From: Octopus bimaculoides
Taxonomy: Eukaryota
NCBI RefSeq assembly: GCF_001194135.2
Contig: NC_068993.1
Coordinates: 18,016,737 to 18,072,379 of the forward strand
Length of the DNA stretch: 55,643 nucleotides
Direction of reading: 5' to 3'
Under the pieces are notes generated by a model. The model did no database searches. It saw only the letters and a program-made list of their open reading frames with translations, and had not been told where the DNA came from. The stretch's first letter is position 1, and the number at the start of each line of letters is the position of its first letter. The translations under genes and the position numbers were made by a program. Below, piece after piece: positions 24,596-37,170 of the stretch.

Positions 24596-25074
24596 AATGT
24601 TATTGTTGCCAGGCTAAACTCATCATAAAGCAAATACCATCATGTGTAACAATGCCAACAAGAGGAAGGTCCTGAAACAGTGCACATTCTCTCCTGATGA
24701 CCCCAAAAGCTTGCTATCATCCAGTGTGCAGAGATTTCAACTGGTAGTTCTTGCATCTGTAAGTTGTTTGTGAAAAATCAGCCATGGACTCATAGTTAAG
24801 TGCTTGAATAATGCCTTATAGCTTCATTGGAGCCTCAAATATGAAATGCAATATGTAAATGTCTTAATTTCTTTTTTTTAAGGAACCATTATCCTAAAAT
24901 ATTGAAATACAAGGTAAATGTACCAACTATTCACTTGTATTATTTCTTATAACTTGCATTGTTTTGGCTTTAAAAAAAAAAGGAAATAAAAATGAAGCAG
25001 ATAACATGAAGAATAGATGGTGGGTGGAATACAAGAGAAGGTAGGATGAACAATACCAGAGAAGGAGTGTTTAC

Positions 25075-25150
25075 CTGTGATCAGAGGTTCTCAGTTCAAC
25101 TCGACTGTAAAGCAGTTGTTTCACTGGGACAAAATAAGGGTCTTCCACAC
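25075..25150 (-). CDS. SYNJ1: Synaptojanin exon (VEDPYFVPVKQLLYSRVELRTSDH)
   Basis: Matches YGRAELKTSDHR; 76 nt, phase 1 to 2, donor AG|GTAAAC. Confidence 0.94.
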
Positions 25151-25399
25151 CTGCAATCAGCAACAAACGAAATTAAATTAGGTGTGTGTATGTGTGTGTG
25201 GGTGCGTTTGCTATTGTATATGCGTGTGTTGTTTATGCCCATGTGTGTATGATNNNNNNNNNNTAAAATTTTGGGGAAGCAGTGAAAAAGCTTTGAACAT
25301 TCTCCTGAAAAACTTCATCCTCAAAACATATGACCTTAGAAACATTTTTGGACGGATTTGAAACATTACTTTTCCATTATTGGATTAATCTGATTTGAC

Positions 25400-25710
25400 T
25401 GATGTTATTTTTTATTTTATTTATGCACCCTTTCAAAGTCTAGTCAGGCTCATGGGCCTGGTTTCCCAGTTTCTATGCCGTATGTGTTCCCCCCAGCTGG
25501 ACAAGACGCCAGTCCATCGCAGCGTTACTCAAGTGAGAGAAAGTTGGGGCGAAAGAGTACAACAGGGGTCGCCACCACCCCCTGCTGGAGTCTCGTGGAG
25601 CTTAGGTGTTTTCACTCAATAAACACTCACAACGCCCGGTCTGGGAATCGAAACCACGATCCTCCGACCACGAGTCCGTTGCCCTAACCACTGGGCCATT
25701 GCGCCTCCAT
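25400..25710 (-). mobile_element. tRNA-derived SINE with family B head and V-domain-like core
   Basis: Same head as 50850-50993, then GCGATGGACTGGCGTCTTGTCCAG and an (AAAAT)n tail. Confidence 0.75.
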
Positions 25711-26230
25711 TTGATTGATGTACAAATATAATAATAATTATTTTACACCAGTGTTTGCTTTGATTACAAGATTGAAAAACGTGACTTTGTTTGTAAAAAA
25801 ATTTAGACCTGGTTTTGCACATACAAAGCAAATTTTGTTTCCACACTTATAGTGTGTGAATGTCAGTGTGAATGTGTGTGAATGTGTGCGTGTGTGTGTG
25901 TGTATTTGGTTTGGTTATAGACTGAAAGCAACTGAGCACAATGCAGTCCATGGACCCATCAGGTCCTGTTAAACCAACTGAGCAATGCTAGCATGGAAAC
26001 TGGACATTAAACAAGAATGATGATGATATCCTGTATGAATAAACACACACACACAAATGAATACAGTGGATTTGAAATCCAATATCTTATAAATCTTTTT
26101 CCTTCACAAGACACCCTTACATAATTAAATTGTTATAAAGTGTCAGATTAAAAGAGCTTCTAAAAGTCAATCAATAAAAAGAGTAAAAAAATAAATAAAC
26201 ATAAACAGGAATTTGTGTTTAAGTTTCTAC

Positions 26231-26384
26231 CTGATTTTGTAAGAAATTTTCTTTTCCGCCAGAGTATTCGATCGGTCCATGCAGGCACACGACATTTTTC
26301 ACTGGTGTCGTAATCATCACTAAAGTTATCGTACTTATAGGTTGGTGCAAAATTGGTCTCACCTTCTTGGAAACCTCGGAAAAC
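26231..26384 (-). CDS. SYNJ1: Synaptojanin exon, 5-phosphatase motif 2 ([19 protein letters not shown]...[18 protein letters not shown])
   Basis: FAPTYKYD and PAWTDRILW signatures; 154 nt, phase 0 to 1. Confidence 0.97.
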
Positions 26385-27021
26385 CTGTCAAAGTAACAAT
26401 GAAGTGTTTCTGATGAAGCACAAAAGACCAAATAAGTTTTCCATATTTTCACAGTATTTCATTATCACCAACCAGCATATGTTTCTAAGTAAGGTAATAT
26501 TTCCCCCTTTGTCCAGACATGTTTTCACAGAATATTGGAAATGAATGGCACAGCTTGCATGACAGTGGTACTCAATTACAAATACCACACGAAGTCATGG
26601 AAATGGAATACAAACACATTCACAAATGTACACAGACATGTTCATACACATGCACACCAATATGTACACACACATACACACAGACATGTACATGTACACA
26701 CACACACACATACACATGTATGTGTGTTCACCCTTATCTGGACATCATGCGATGATTTTAAAAATGCATCACCATCATACGAGTAACGTTGTTCATTTCT
26801 AGTCTTCTATGTCTGATCATTGGAAATATTTACATCTTGCTTGGAAACAAGGTAAGAATTGGTGACAAGAGGGGCATCCAGTGATAGAAAATCTATATCA
26901 GTGAATTCTGTCAGACCTGTGCAAGCATGGAAAAGTGGATTTTAAAATGATGATGAAATAAGATGATAACTGAAAAGGAGGTTGACAAGAAAACAATAGA
27001 AAATCTTATTTTTTTGCTTAC

Positions 27022-27180
27022 ATTGTTAGCATCCATCTGTATCTTGAGTTGATCAGCAGCTTGGAGGGCAGTCCAGTTTTGATTTCGGACAAGTTCTTTC
27101 ACATCGTCTTTTGGAAGATCAATACGATAATTGAAATCACCAACCCAGAAAATATAGTCATGAGAACCAATGGGTTTACC
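27022..27180 (-). CDS. SYNJ1: Synaptojanin exon, 5-phosphatase motif 1 ([22 protein letters not shown]...[11 protein letters not shown])
   Basis: FWxGDxNYR signature; 159 nt, phase 0-0, donor GTAAGC. Confidence 0.97.
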
Positions 27181-27479
27181 CTGAAATATATAAACATATA
27201 AAATGTGTAAACATAAAGAAATTGAAATCTTCCACCGAAAAAGAAAGCAAAGAACAAAAAGAAATAGTAGGAGAGATGAAAAAAAAAAGATAACACATTT
27301 TCTAAATGTTGATGATAATGACTAAAGGAGATGTAAATATAAGCAATAGTAAATACATGCTCACTCACAATGGGCTTTTTTCTGTTCCTGTCTACCAGAG
27401 GCTCAGTTCCGGTGTACTCATATGAACTGCTACAGTGCATCTACCACATATGAATCTTACATTTCCAGATAGTCAGCCA

Positions 27480-28135
27480 GTGATTTCACTATTTCTCTTG
27501 TGTGTCGATGGTTTACATTGAGTACATACCTGTACTCAATGTATAGGAAGTTTATACCTGCTTCTTTTCTGCTTATTGAGTAAAGCCATTTCCCTGAAGG
27601 TGCCAGGGTCGTGTCTTCTTTCCTGCTTACTAAATCCTTCGTCTTTTCTTGGTTTACCTTAAAGCCTTTTGGTTCCAGGTTTAGCTTCCATTTCTGGAAT
27701 TTCTTCTCTAACTCCCCTATGGATTCAGAGATGAGAACTACGCCATCAACATACAGGAGTTCCTATGGACAGCCAGTCTTAAACTCCTCCATAATGGCTT
27801 GTAGAACTATGATGAATAGGAGAGAAATTAAAACTAAATTCATCACTGAAGTCATTGCTAACTCCCATTTTACTTGTGTACATTGCTTGAACTGCCCACA
27901 CAAGCCATTCATTTGCTCCAATTTTCCTAAGTACCCACCAAATTACTGAATGTGGTACCTTGTCAAATATTTTCTCCAAGTCAACAAAAGTCCAGTATAG
28001 CAGTTTATTCTTAGCTGGGTATTTCTCCTGTAGGACGATTGCATCTGAGGTGCCTCTACTGGGGACAAAGGCAAACTGCATCTCATCCAGGCCTACTCTA
28101 CCATAGACCCATTGGACTATGACTTTCTTTGTGAT
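27480..28135 (-). mobile_element. RTE-clade LINE RT fragment, same family as 41880
   Basis: LDEMQFAFVPSRGTSDAI..LQEKY...FVDLEKIFDKVPHSVIWW, followed by IMEEFKTGCP*ELLYVDG. Confidence 0.85.
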
Positions 28136-28275
28136 CCCCATAATTTAATCTAGCAGTTTGATTCCTCTAGAGCTATGTTCACTGTTTACATTAGTTGACT
28201 AATGTAAACGATGTACATAATATAAATTCCTTATTTTAAAAATATTGAATCCCCAGTAGTTAATTCTCTCTAAGG

Positions 28276-28611
28276 CAGTGGTTCTCAACCAGGGTCCATA
28301 TGGCCCCTGAATGTCCATATAAGATTTTGCAAGGTCTATGCAACAAAATAGTAAATTGGGGATCCATAATAGCATTTTAAGGGCCTCTGAAAAATTTTTG
28401 TTTTAGATATATGTATTACAAGAAACAGCCAGGTTTCTTTCTCCAACATTTTAAATGGTTTAAACACAAGTTAATGTTTGAAAACCAAAATAGGAATTTT
28501 GAAAAAAGTTTCAATAAAACTAGTTTTTAAACATTGAATGGCTATGGGGGTCCACCAGAATAAAATAGTAATCAAAAGGGTCCATAGATAAAAAATGGTT
28601 GAGAACCCCTG
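28276..28611. mobile_element. hAT (Charlie-like) MITE, 336 bp
   Basis: TIRs CAGTGGTTCTCAACC and GGTTGAGAACCCCTG; perfect 8-bp TSD CTCTAAGG at 28268-28275 and 28612-28619. Confidence 0.93.
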
Positions 28612-28739
28612 CTCTAAGGCATCACCTTTGCCTCTGATGCAGTTTACAATGATACTGCTATACCAGTCTTTGGATATGACACTCTCCTGAATGACTTGAT
28701 AAACTATCTAGGTGATATTCTTGCATCTCATATCCACAG

Positions 28740-29062
28740 ATAGTCCCACTGCATAGCACCTTGGGTAAGTGTCTTCCACTATAGCCCCGGGCTGACCAAA
28801 GCCTTGTGAGTGTATTTGGTAGTCAGAAGCTGAAAGAAGTGTGTGTGTGTGTGTGTGTTTGTTTGCCCACCACTGCTTGATAACCGATATTAGCTTGTTT
28901 ACATCCCCGTAACTAAGCAGTTCAGCAAAAAGAAACTGATAAAATAAGTACCAGGCTTTAAAAAAAGAAACCTAAGTACTGGAGTCGGTTTGTTCCACTA
29001 AACCCCTCAAGCAAATGCCCCAGCATGGCCACAGTCCAATTACTGAAACAATTAAAAGATAA
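28740..29062 (+). mobile_element. SINE family A copy directly below exon 29098-29287
   Basis: Same body and tail as 35128-35550. Confidence 0.88.
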
Positions 29063-29097
29063 CAAGATAAGAAAATTGATTTGTAAAAGAAACAAAC

Positions 29098-29287
29098 CTG
29101 TAATGAAACCCTCTTCATAATCTCATGGAAATCATTGTTGCGTTCGTTCACCTGTGACTGCCCAGCTGCAAAATGAGCGCAGAGGAAGCAAAATGAGGTA
29201 GCATTGAGTAAAAAGCGGACACCTACAGCGCCTTTGTTGCCAGTAGCACCTCCAAGGCCTGTTTTGACAGAGTCAGTAGCAATATCC
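29098..29287 (-). CDS. SYNJ1: Synaptojanin exon, 5-phosphatase ([22 protein letters not shown]...[18 protein letters not shown]...SLQ)
   Basis: [12 protein letters not shown] and [12 protein letters not shown] motifs; 190 nt, phase 2 to 0. Confidence 0.97.
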
Positions 29288-29419
29288 CTGGAACAAATGG
29301 AATGGAAACATTACATCACCAACATCATCATCATATACAGGCATAAAAGCACATACATGCTCAAGCACATACAAACACACATACATGGGTTGGCTAAGTA
29401 ATTTTCTCTATAGCAGTTA

Positions 29420-29735
29420 CTCTTTTACTTGTTTCAGTCATTTGACTGCGGCCATGCTGGAGCACCGCCTTTAGTCAAGCAAATCGACCCCAGGACTTAT
29501 TCTTTGTAAGCCTAGTACTTATTCTATCGCTCTCTTTTGCCGAACCGCTAAGTTATGGGGATGTAAACACACCAGCATTAGTTGTCAAGCGATGTTGGGG
29601 GGACAAACACAGACACACAAACACACATACATATATATATATATATACGACGGTCTTCTTTCAGTTTCCGTCTACCAAATCCACTCACAAGGCTTTGGTC
29701 AGCCCGAGGCTATAGTAAAAGTCACTTGCCCAAAG
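29420..29735 (-). mobile_element. SINE family A copy, inverted relative to 28740-29062
   Basis: Reverse complement of the family A body and tail. Confidence 0.88.
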
Positions 29736-30445
29736 TGCCACACTAGAAAAAAAAAGCAGCAAAGCTCACTCTAATAACTTTAAAAAAACACACCCTGTGT
29801 GCTTATGGTAAGCAGATGGATACAGGACAATCAGCAAAAATGTTGGCAGTTTGTACCTGTCACATGTACTGTCTTGTGTTTATGGGCCAAGACATTTATT
29901 CAGCAACTACCAACTTCACTAAACTCTAAAAGGATAGATACCATTTAATTCTAAACCTGTGTTCTTTAGTAATTTCCATAAAGATTTAACAAGGCAGCAC
30001 TAGTCCACACAAATATTGACAAATAGGCACATATTTGATGGGGTTGTATATGAAAATATGGATAACAAATAATCGTACAAAACTAACTTCTTTTTCATTT
30101 TAACATCCACTTTTCTTTATTAACTTGGGGTGGATGGAATTTGATGAGGCAGATTTTCTATGGCTGGATGCACTTCCTGTCACCAGCCTCCACCTGTTTC
30201 CCCATAGCCAAACATGTTTCCATGGAAGATTAGAAATGAAGGACACCACTTGTATGATGGTGACAGTCACTTACAACTATCACATGATGCCAATGTAAAG
30301 AGACAACAACACACACACACACATTGCCTAATATTCCATAAGTCAGAAAAAACATGCACTCATATATTTGTCAATAGAGTGGGCATATTAATCAAAGTGT
30401 ACAATACCGTTTGTCCGTCTGTCCACCCATCCATCCATTATATAT

Positions 30446-30522
<77 letters not shown>

Positions 30523-31106
30523 AACAAAACAGGCTTCTTTCAGTTTCCATCAACCAAATCCATTTAAAAGGATTTAGTTGGCCCAGGGTTTTAGCAGAAG
30601 ACACTTGCCCAGGGTGTCATGCAGTAGGACTATACCTGAAACCATGTATTTGGGAAGCAAACTTCTTAATCAGACAGCCACACCTGTTCCTACTTTATTG
30701 AAATAAGCAAGGTAATATTTCCCTATAGTTAGACATATTTTCATGAAGACTGAAAACAAACAAACATTGCTTGTATGACAGTGATGCTTCTTTACAACCA
30801 ACACATGATGCCAAAACAAGGGCATGCACACACACACACACACACACACCCACACCTGTGCACACAACACAGACATACATACAACAGGCTTCTTTCAAAT
30901 CTAGCAAATCTATTCACAATCCTTTGGTCAAAGCAAGATGATAGTAGAAGACATTTGCCCAAGGTGCTAAGAAGTGGAACTGAATTCAAGACCACATGGT
31001 TGGGAAGCAAACTTATTAACCACACTGTCATACCTGTTAATGAGAATTAAAAGAAAAAGAAAGAAAGCTTTCATAAAAACCAAATAGTATGAAATCTTTA
31101 ACTCAC

Positions 31107-31247
31107 GAGATTAATGGCGCCAGATGTGGTCTGATAAATAAGATTAGGCAAACTCCTACAAGCTGGATTGTTGCTAATGGAATATATTTGTACTCTCGAG
31201 AAATTGTCTTTTGAATTTCATTTTGCCATTCACGGGAATTTTCCGTG
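31107..31247 (-). CDS. SYNJ1: Synaptojanin exon, 5-phosphatase ([21 protein letters not shown]...[19 protein letters not shown])
   Basis: QLVGVCL..FIRP motif; 141 nt, phase 2-2, donor GTGAGT. Confidence 0.95.
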
Positions 31248-31610
31248 CTAGAAGAAAAATAAATAAATTAAATGATAGCACATATTTTGAATTTCAATAT
31301 TAAAAAAAACAAAAACAATAAGGAATAAATTTTGCTTTGTAAGACAACCACAAACAGAATGTGACAATGTTTGTCTAACCCTTTAGCATTTAAACTGGCC
31401 ATATCCAGCCAAATATTCTGTTTTGTGTTCAGACCTACCAGATCTGGCCTCTCACACCTACCTTACAATGTCATTGTAAATATAAACAATTACATCATTG
31501 AAAATTTGAAGCTACAAGATCATGCATGATTAATGTAAAACAATGTGAATAAATAAGCATTACAGTTGACAGATTAATCTGAATGTTAAAGGGCTAAATG
31601 TTTAAATGTA

Positions 31611-31790
31611 GTGTGGTGTCACGTAAAGGTACCTGTGTGCTGCCACATAAAAGCATATGTGTGGTGCCATGTAAAAGAGCCTGTGTGGTGTCACATAAAA
31701 GTGCTGTGTGGTGTCACATAAAAGTGCCTGTGTGATGTCACATAAAAGTGCCCGTGCAACGTCATGTAAAAATCCCTATGTGGTGCTCAA
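31611..31790 (+). repeat. 24-bp minisatellite, about 7 copies (GTGTGGTGTCACATAAAAGTGCCT)
   Basis: Contiguous units without spacers; the unit resembles the GTGCCGGTGGCACGTAAAAAGCAC module of the RTE 3' UTR. Confidence 0.85.
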
Positions 31791-31877
31791 GGACACAACA
31801 ATAGCCATTGAAAATTGTTTGCAGAATGCAGTATATGTGATATAAAATTGAACCAAATCAATAAAACAACTGCTTAC

Positions 31878-31980
31878 CTGGCTCTGACTATGTTACTTGC
31901 ATTAAGATCAACTATTTCTTCAAATCCAATTGCAAAAATATCAGCTGGGTAACTGAAGTCAGCATTTTGGTCTAAGGAAG
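31878..31980 (-). CDS. SYNJ1: Synaptojanin exon, 5-phosphatase (SLDQNADFSYPADIFAIGFEEIVDLNASNIVRA)
   Basis: DIFAIGFEE motif; 103 nt, phase 1 to 2. Confidence 0.96.
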
Positions 31981-32749
31981 CTAGAAAAGTAAAATGAAAT
32001 AAAAGGTGTAAAGAAAGAGAAAAATATATCAATGTGTAATGGAGAATGACAGAATGACCATAAGAATAATATGAACATGCACTTATGTAATTACGTAAAA
32101 ATGCTAAAAGATAGTGCAAAAGTTTGAATTAATGAGAGAACTTCCGAATGGTTTCCTGGTGCAACTCAGTCAATGCTGTTGACTGTGTTTTAGTTAAAAC
32201 TATGGCATTAATTAAGTCTGCCCAAGAGTTGCTTCTCTTCGGCCAAAGAGCTAGAAATGTATCAGGGAATCCAACATTGGTAATGGCTAAAAAAACTGAA
32301 AAGCATCTGACAGAGGGTAACACTGGACAGATATGGTGATTCAACGTGACAGAGAATGACAAAACTGGCCCTTTGCAATACTCAATTTTACCAGCTGAGT
32401 GGATTGGAGCAATGAGAAATAAAGCGTCTTGCTCAAGACCACAATGCACTGCCAGGAATTGAACTCATGAGCTTATGATCAGGAGCTGAGCAACCTAACC
32501 ACTAAGCCATGCACCTTCACCAAAGATATCAATGATATATTTCCAGTGCCTTTTGATACCATCATCAGGCATTTATTTTTACCCAGCATTCACCATTCAT
32601 GTCCATATCAGCATACTTATTTCTCCTGCATACACTGATGATGGCCAGTCACTTTTTCTATAGGCTGTACTTACTTTGTCTTCAAATAAAATTGTTCATT
32701 CAAAAGTCCTTAGTCATTTTTTTTCTTAAATAAAAACAAACATCCTTAC

Positions 32750-32938
32750 CTGGAAACAAATTTCTGCAGCACGTGTGGGCATCTAACAGCCAGTCAGTGA
32801 GTTTTTCTTTCTTGAAAGCAATGCTGCGGAAATGAGTCCCACCATTTACATTCCATGTACCACAGCAGATGCGGAGCTTTTCAAGTTTGGTGTACTCCCT
32901 ATGTCGTGCTATCATTTCTCTAAGAATACCTTCCGGTG
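32750..32938 (-). CDS. SYNJ1: Synaptojanin exon, start of 5-phosphatase (PEGILREM...CCGTWNVNGGTHFRSIAFK...DWLLDAH)
   Basis: GTWNVNGG motif; 189 nt, phase 1-1, donor G|GTAAGG. Confidence 0.96.
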
Positions 32939-34179
32939 CTAGAAAAATATTGCAAGAAAATTATTGTCTTTTAATGATAAATATATAAAAAATATATAAA
33001 ATTTCCTAGACAATGGAAAAGTTATAACAATGGCATCTAAAATCATTGAAGTGGCTGATATTTGTAAAATTTGTTGTGATGATGTTTGAACTTATGACTA
33101 TGGGGTCAGTAGCCCAGTTCTTAACTCTTTACCATTCAGATTACTCTGTCAAATATAATGCTTATTCATGCACATTCTTTTGAATTAATCATGCATCATC
33201 TTGTAGCTTCAAGGTCTCAAGGATCTGATTGTTTATTTTTAAAATGATATTGCAGGATAGGTGTAAGCCCCCTGACTCAATATTTTTTCTTGAAATATTC
33301 TGGATTAATATTCTTTTTTAGAAAGAAATTTTATTTAAAACCAAAATCGCATGAGTTACTATTTACAAACTAAAAGATTAAATCTTTAGATTTCCAAGCA
33401 CAATAACAATAGTAAATTATCTAAATGAATATAGAACTGCATAAAGGGTAAATTAGTTATTAGAGAGTTGGATAGATTAGCTTGTGGTATCTGTTCCACT
33501 TCTCTCAAATTCTATCAAGGACAGTTTTGCCTATCATCATTTCGAGAGTGATAAAGTACCAGTTTAGTACTCTCTCTTTCTCCCCAACATTCTTCCTCTG
33601 GAAGAAACCAACTGTAGTTACACATGAAGAGGGATGGGTTCCATCAGGACTGAAAATGCTTAATGTTATGGCACTGTTCCTATGACCTCTACCGGGATCT
33701 GAGAATCAGAAGCAGAGCAATGTGTATATATATATGTGTGTGTGTGCATATATATGTGTGCATATATATGATCTAGTTTCAGCTCATGAGCTGTGGCCAT
33801 GTTGGGGTACGACCATTTGGTGGTGCCACATAATTTTACTTCACTAATTCTTTTTAGAAATTGACGTTTAGTGAATGAGGGAGTGTGATGCTGCTACCCT
33901 CATCTGCACTTCCTGCTGTCAAGTTGGTTCACCTGGGACACTTGACAGCAAGAGGTCTAGTTTTGTTTTGAAGACACTTACATCCACCCCATGTAGGTCT
34001 CTCAGGTCCTTCAGCTGACAGTCTTTCGTACTTTTTCATGACAGAAAATACACCTTTTGTGGCAGTTATAACAAAATTGCTTTCTTATATCAGAGTAATA
34101 AGGCATTTCAATAGAACATCTTTACTCCTGGGAATTACTGGGTACACCAGCTAGTATACACACATACACACATATATAT

Positions 34180-34600
34180 ATACATAAATGTGTAATGGTG
34201 TCTGTCTGTGTGTGCATTTGGGGGTTACTCTAACTTCTCCCACACCATTCAACTGATTTTAATGATTTTTGGCACATAGGTCGATCACATACCCTGAAGT
34301 TCAAATAAGGCCGAGATTTTTTGAAAACTTGATAATGCTCAGTTGGCATCGATTTTTGTGAGCTCAATCGGGTGCTTGAATGGAAATTCCCATAACGATG
34401 TTATTTTTCCTGCAGCTTTTGCATTTTATCACGTGTAAAATTTCATCAAAATTGATAGAATAGTCCCTAAGGAAATGCTTATTCAATACAAGGTCAAAGG
34501 TGGGTTTAACTTCAACATGGAAAACACGAGCACCGCTGGATCCAACAGCCAGATCTATACACACATATACACAAACCCACCCATGTTACACTGTTTAGAT
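34180..34600. mobile_element. Two opposed Helitron-like fragments
   Basis: Plus-strand TGTCTGTCTGTGTG...AACTGATTTTAATGATTTTTGG and minus-strand ...TCAATTTTGATGAAATTTTACAC cores. Confidence 0.3.
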
Positions 34601-34621
34601 AATAAGTTGTAAAATTTATAC

Positions 34622-34778
34622 CATGTAAACACCTTGAAGTCAGCAGCGCTTTGGCTCTTCCTTTGAGTTCTCCGGTCAGAGTTGATCCCATGACAAATAC
34701 ATCCATAGCTTCTTGTTTGTTGCTGTCTAGGAAGTTATTTTGAATTGTTCGAGTAGCAGATCGTGCGGCATCGGAATA
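34622..34778 (-). CDS. SYNJ1: Synaptojanin exon ([26 protein letters not shown]...LLTSRCLH)
   Basis: Matches [24 protein letters not shown]; 157 nt, phase 0 to 1. Confidence 0.96.
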
Positions 34779-35127
34779 CTGAGAGAAATAAACAAATGCA
34801 GGAAAAATCAAAAGATTATTGATTTTTTTTAAAGTATATTTTGCTCTGTTTTGTCTTACAATCAAATATAAATATATTTACTACAGCAATTATTAAGTTA
34901 ATAAGAAAAGGTTATGTAAAAACTCCTAATGATTTTGAATTATCTGATTTGAAATGAATAACAACTGCATGTTTTTTCCAGATATATTCTAAATAATAAA
35001 AATAACGAAAGTATTTGACATTTATAAACCACATCATTTGTAAAGATTTTGCTGATCTTTTTTCTTTTCAAGATGTAGACATTATCAAAATGTCTCACAG
35101 AAAAATAACTGAAATAATTTCTATATC

Positions 35128-35550
35128 AGCATAAGAGTGGCTGTGTGATTAGGATTACGAACCACATGGTTCCGGGTTCAGTCCCACTGTGTGGCACTTT
35201 GGGCAAGTGTCTTCTAGTATAGCCTCGGGCCGACCAAAGCCTTGTGAGTGGATTTGGTAGACGGAAACTGAAAGAAGCCCGCCGTATATATGTATATATA
35301 TATACATGTATATATATATACATGTATATGTGCGTGTGTATGTTTGTGTGCTTGTGTTTGTCCCCGCAACATTGCTTCACAACCGATGCTGGTGCGTTTA
35401 GGTCCCCGTAACTTAGCGATTCGGCAAAAGACCTGATAGAATAAGTACTAGGCTTACAAAAAATAAGTCCTGGGGTCGATTTGCTCGACTAAAGGTGGTG
35501 CTCCAGCAAGGCCACAGTCAAATGACTGAAACAAGTAAAAGAGTAAAAGA
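35128..35550 (+). mobile_element. tRNA-derived SINE family A, near full-length representative
   Basis: Head GGCTGTGTG..GGTTCCGGGTTCAGTCCC, body GGATTTGGTAGACGGAAACTGAAAGAAGCCC, internal (TA)/(TG) tract, tail GACTGAAACAAGTAAAAGAG. Other copies about 3290-3450, 6335-6730, 13675-14050, 15420-15600, 16325-16650, 17060-17230, 18925-19200, 19630-19770, 30520-30690, 30870-31040, 43660-43885, 44810-44975, 45210-45360, 49720-50047, 53530-53700, 55000-55150, 55490-55643. Confidence 0.9.
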
Positions 35551-35936
35551 GTAAAGAGAGTATACACTAGAAACATCTCCAAAACCTTGTAAACGCAAGC
35601 AAAGAATAATATAAGCTTACACTTCAATAAGAAGACTTCAATCTCAAAATCCTATTTACTGGATGTTGTATTAAATATTTATTCATCATCATCATCATCA
35701 TAATAATAATAATCTTTTCTACTATAGGTACAAAGCCTGAAATTTGGGGAGGGGGACAGTTGATTACATCGACCCCAGTACTCAACTGGTACTTATTTTA
35801 TTGACCCTGAAAGGATGAAAAGTAAAGTTGACTTCAGCGGAATTTGAACTCAGAGCACGAAGACAGATGAAACACTGCTAAGCATTCTATCTGGTGTGCT
35901 AACGATTCTACCAGCTCGCCACCTTAATAATAATGC

Positions 35937-35969
<33 letters not shown>

Positions 35970-36869
35970 TAACAATAAAATGATGACGATGGACTCTCCT
36001 ATTGAAGATGATGTACGAGTGTTCAGTGTTCGCTGAACAACCAGCACGATGATTTGTTTCTATTGATCAAATGTAAGAGTGTTGTACATTAGCTTACTCC
36101 CTCCATCAAATCGACATAGCCTGAAAAGCTGCATGGTGTGCCATGCATCAGATGTCGAAATGATTGCAGAGCAACATGAAGTAAAGTGTTTTACTCAGGA
36201 ACGCAATGCACTGCTCGGTCTGGGAATCAAACCCATGATCTAGCGATTGTGAGTGCAACACATGGCCAGCAATTTCAGGGAAAGAGGGTAATTCATTTAC
36301 GATCAGCTGGTACTTATAACAATACTACTAATATTAAAAGTGAAAATTGGGGAGAGAAATGTTATTATCATCATTATCATATAACGCCCTAACAGGCTCC
36401 TACTTCCACACTATCTTCTTAGTGTGTTAATGAAAACACAAAGTTAATTTTTATGTGTAAATATATTATCACCATCATTATTTTAGGTCTGGATACTTTT
36501 TCCATAGCTAACTATTTTAGTTACCTCTTATAACCCATTTATGCATGCAGTGTCATTTGTTTGCAGTCCACTGCGAGAGCATGTCCAGTTTTTTAACTCG
36601 TTTTCACATGTACACTTTGATTGGAAATAAAGCATCACCATTCATACAAGTGATGTCATTTGATTGCAGTCCTCCACAAAAACATGTCTGGGCTGTTTGT
36701 TGTTTGATAGAATGGAAATAGATGAATGCCATCAGCATTTAACTGCAAAAAATTCTGCTTCAATGGAACCCTGTTTGACCTAAGCAAGCCTGGGAAAGAA
36801 GATGTTAAAACGATGTTGATAATGATGATGATTATGATGATGCAAGCATTTTCTGCTTCATGTGTGATT

Positions 36870-37170
36870 TTTAGAGGACATGAATGACAGAATATAAACC
36901 AGCTGAGAGAGAAAAATTAGGGACCAGAGGGATCATGTGTGGTGTGCAAGAGAGAAGACTAGTTGTACAGACATATGATGTGTATGAAGAATAACAGGTG
37001 GGTGAATTAGTGGTAAGAAATCCAAATGGAAGGAACTTGAGGAAGAGGACAACATAGAAAGAAGTGGAGACTGATCTTAAAATGTGGAACCTCAGGAAGG
37101 AGACGACAAGGGACCACAACAAATGGTGAGGAGCTGAGCTGCAGATGACTGGTCTAATCCAGCAAGCATG
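36870..37170 (+). mobile_element. Decayed RTE ORF2 3' fragment
   Basis: QLREKLGTRGIMCGVQERRL resembles ILTEKLDIRSIRCGAQERQLRW at about 42860-42930. Confidence 0.55.

Noticed and set aside
31611-31790. CRISPR-like array
   Set aside because: Units are contiguous with no unique spacers, there are no cas genes, and the context is a eukaryotic intron.
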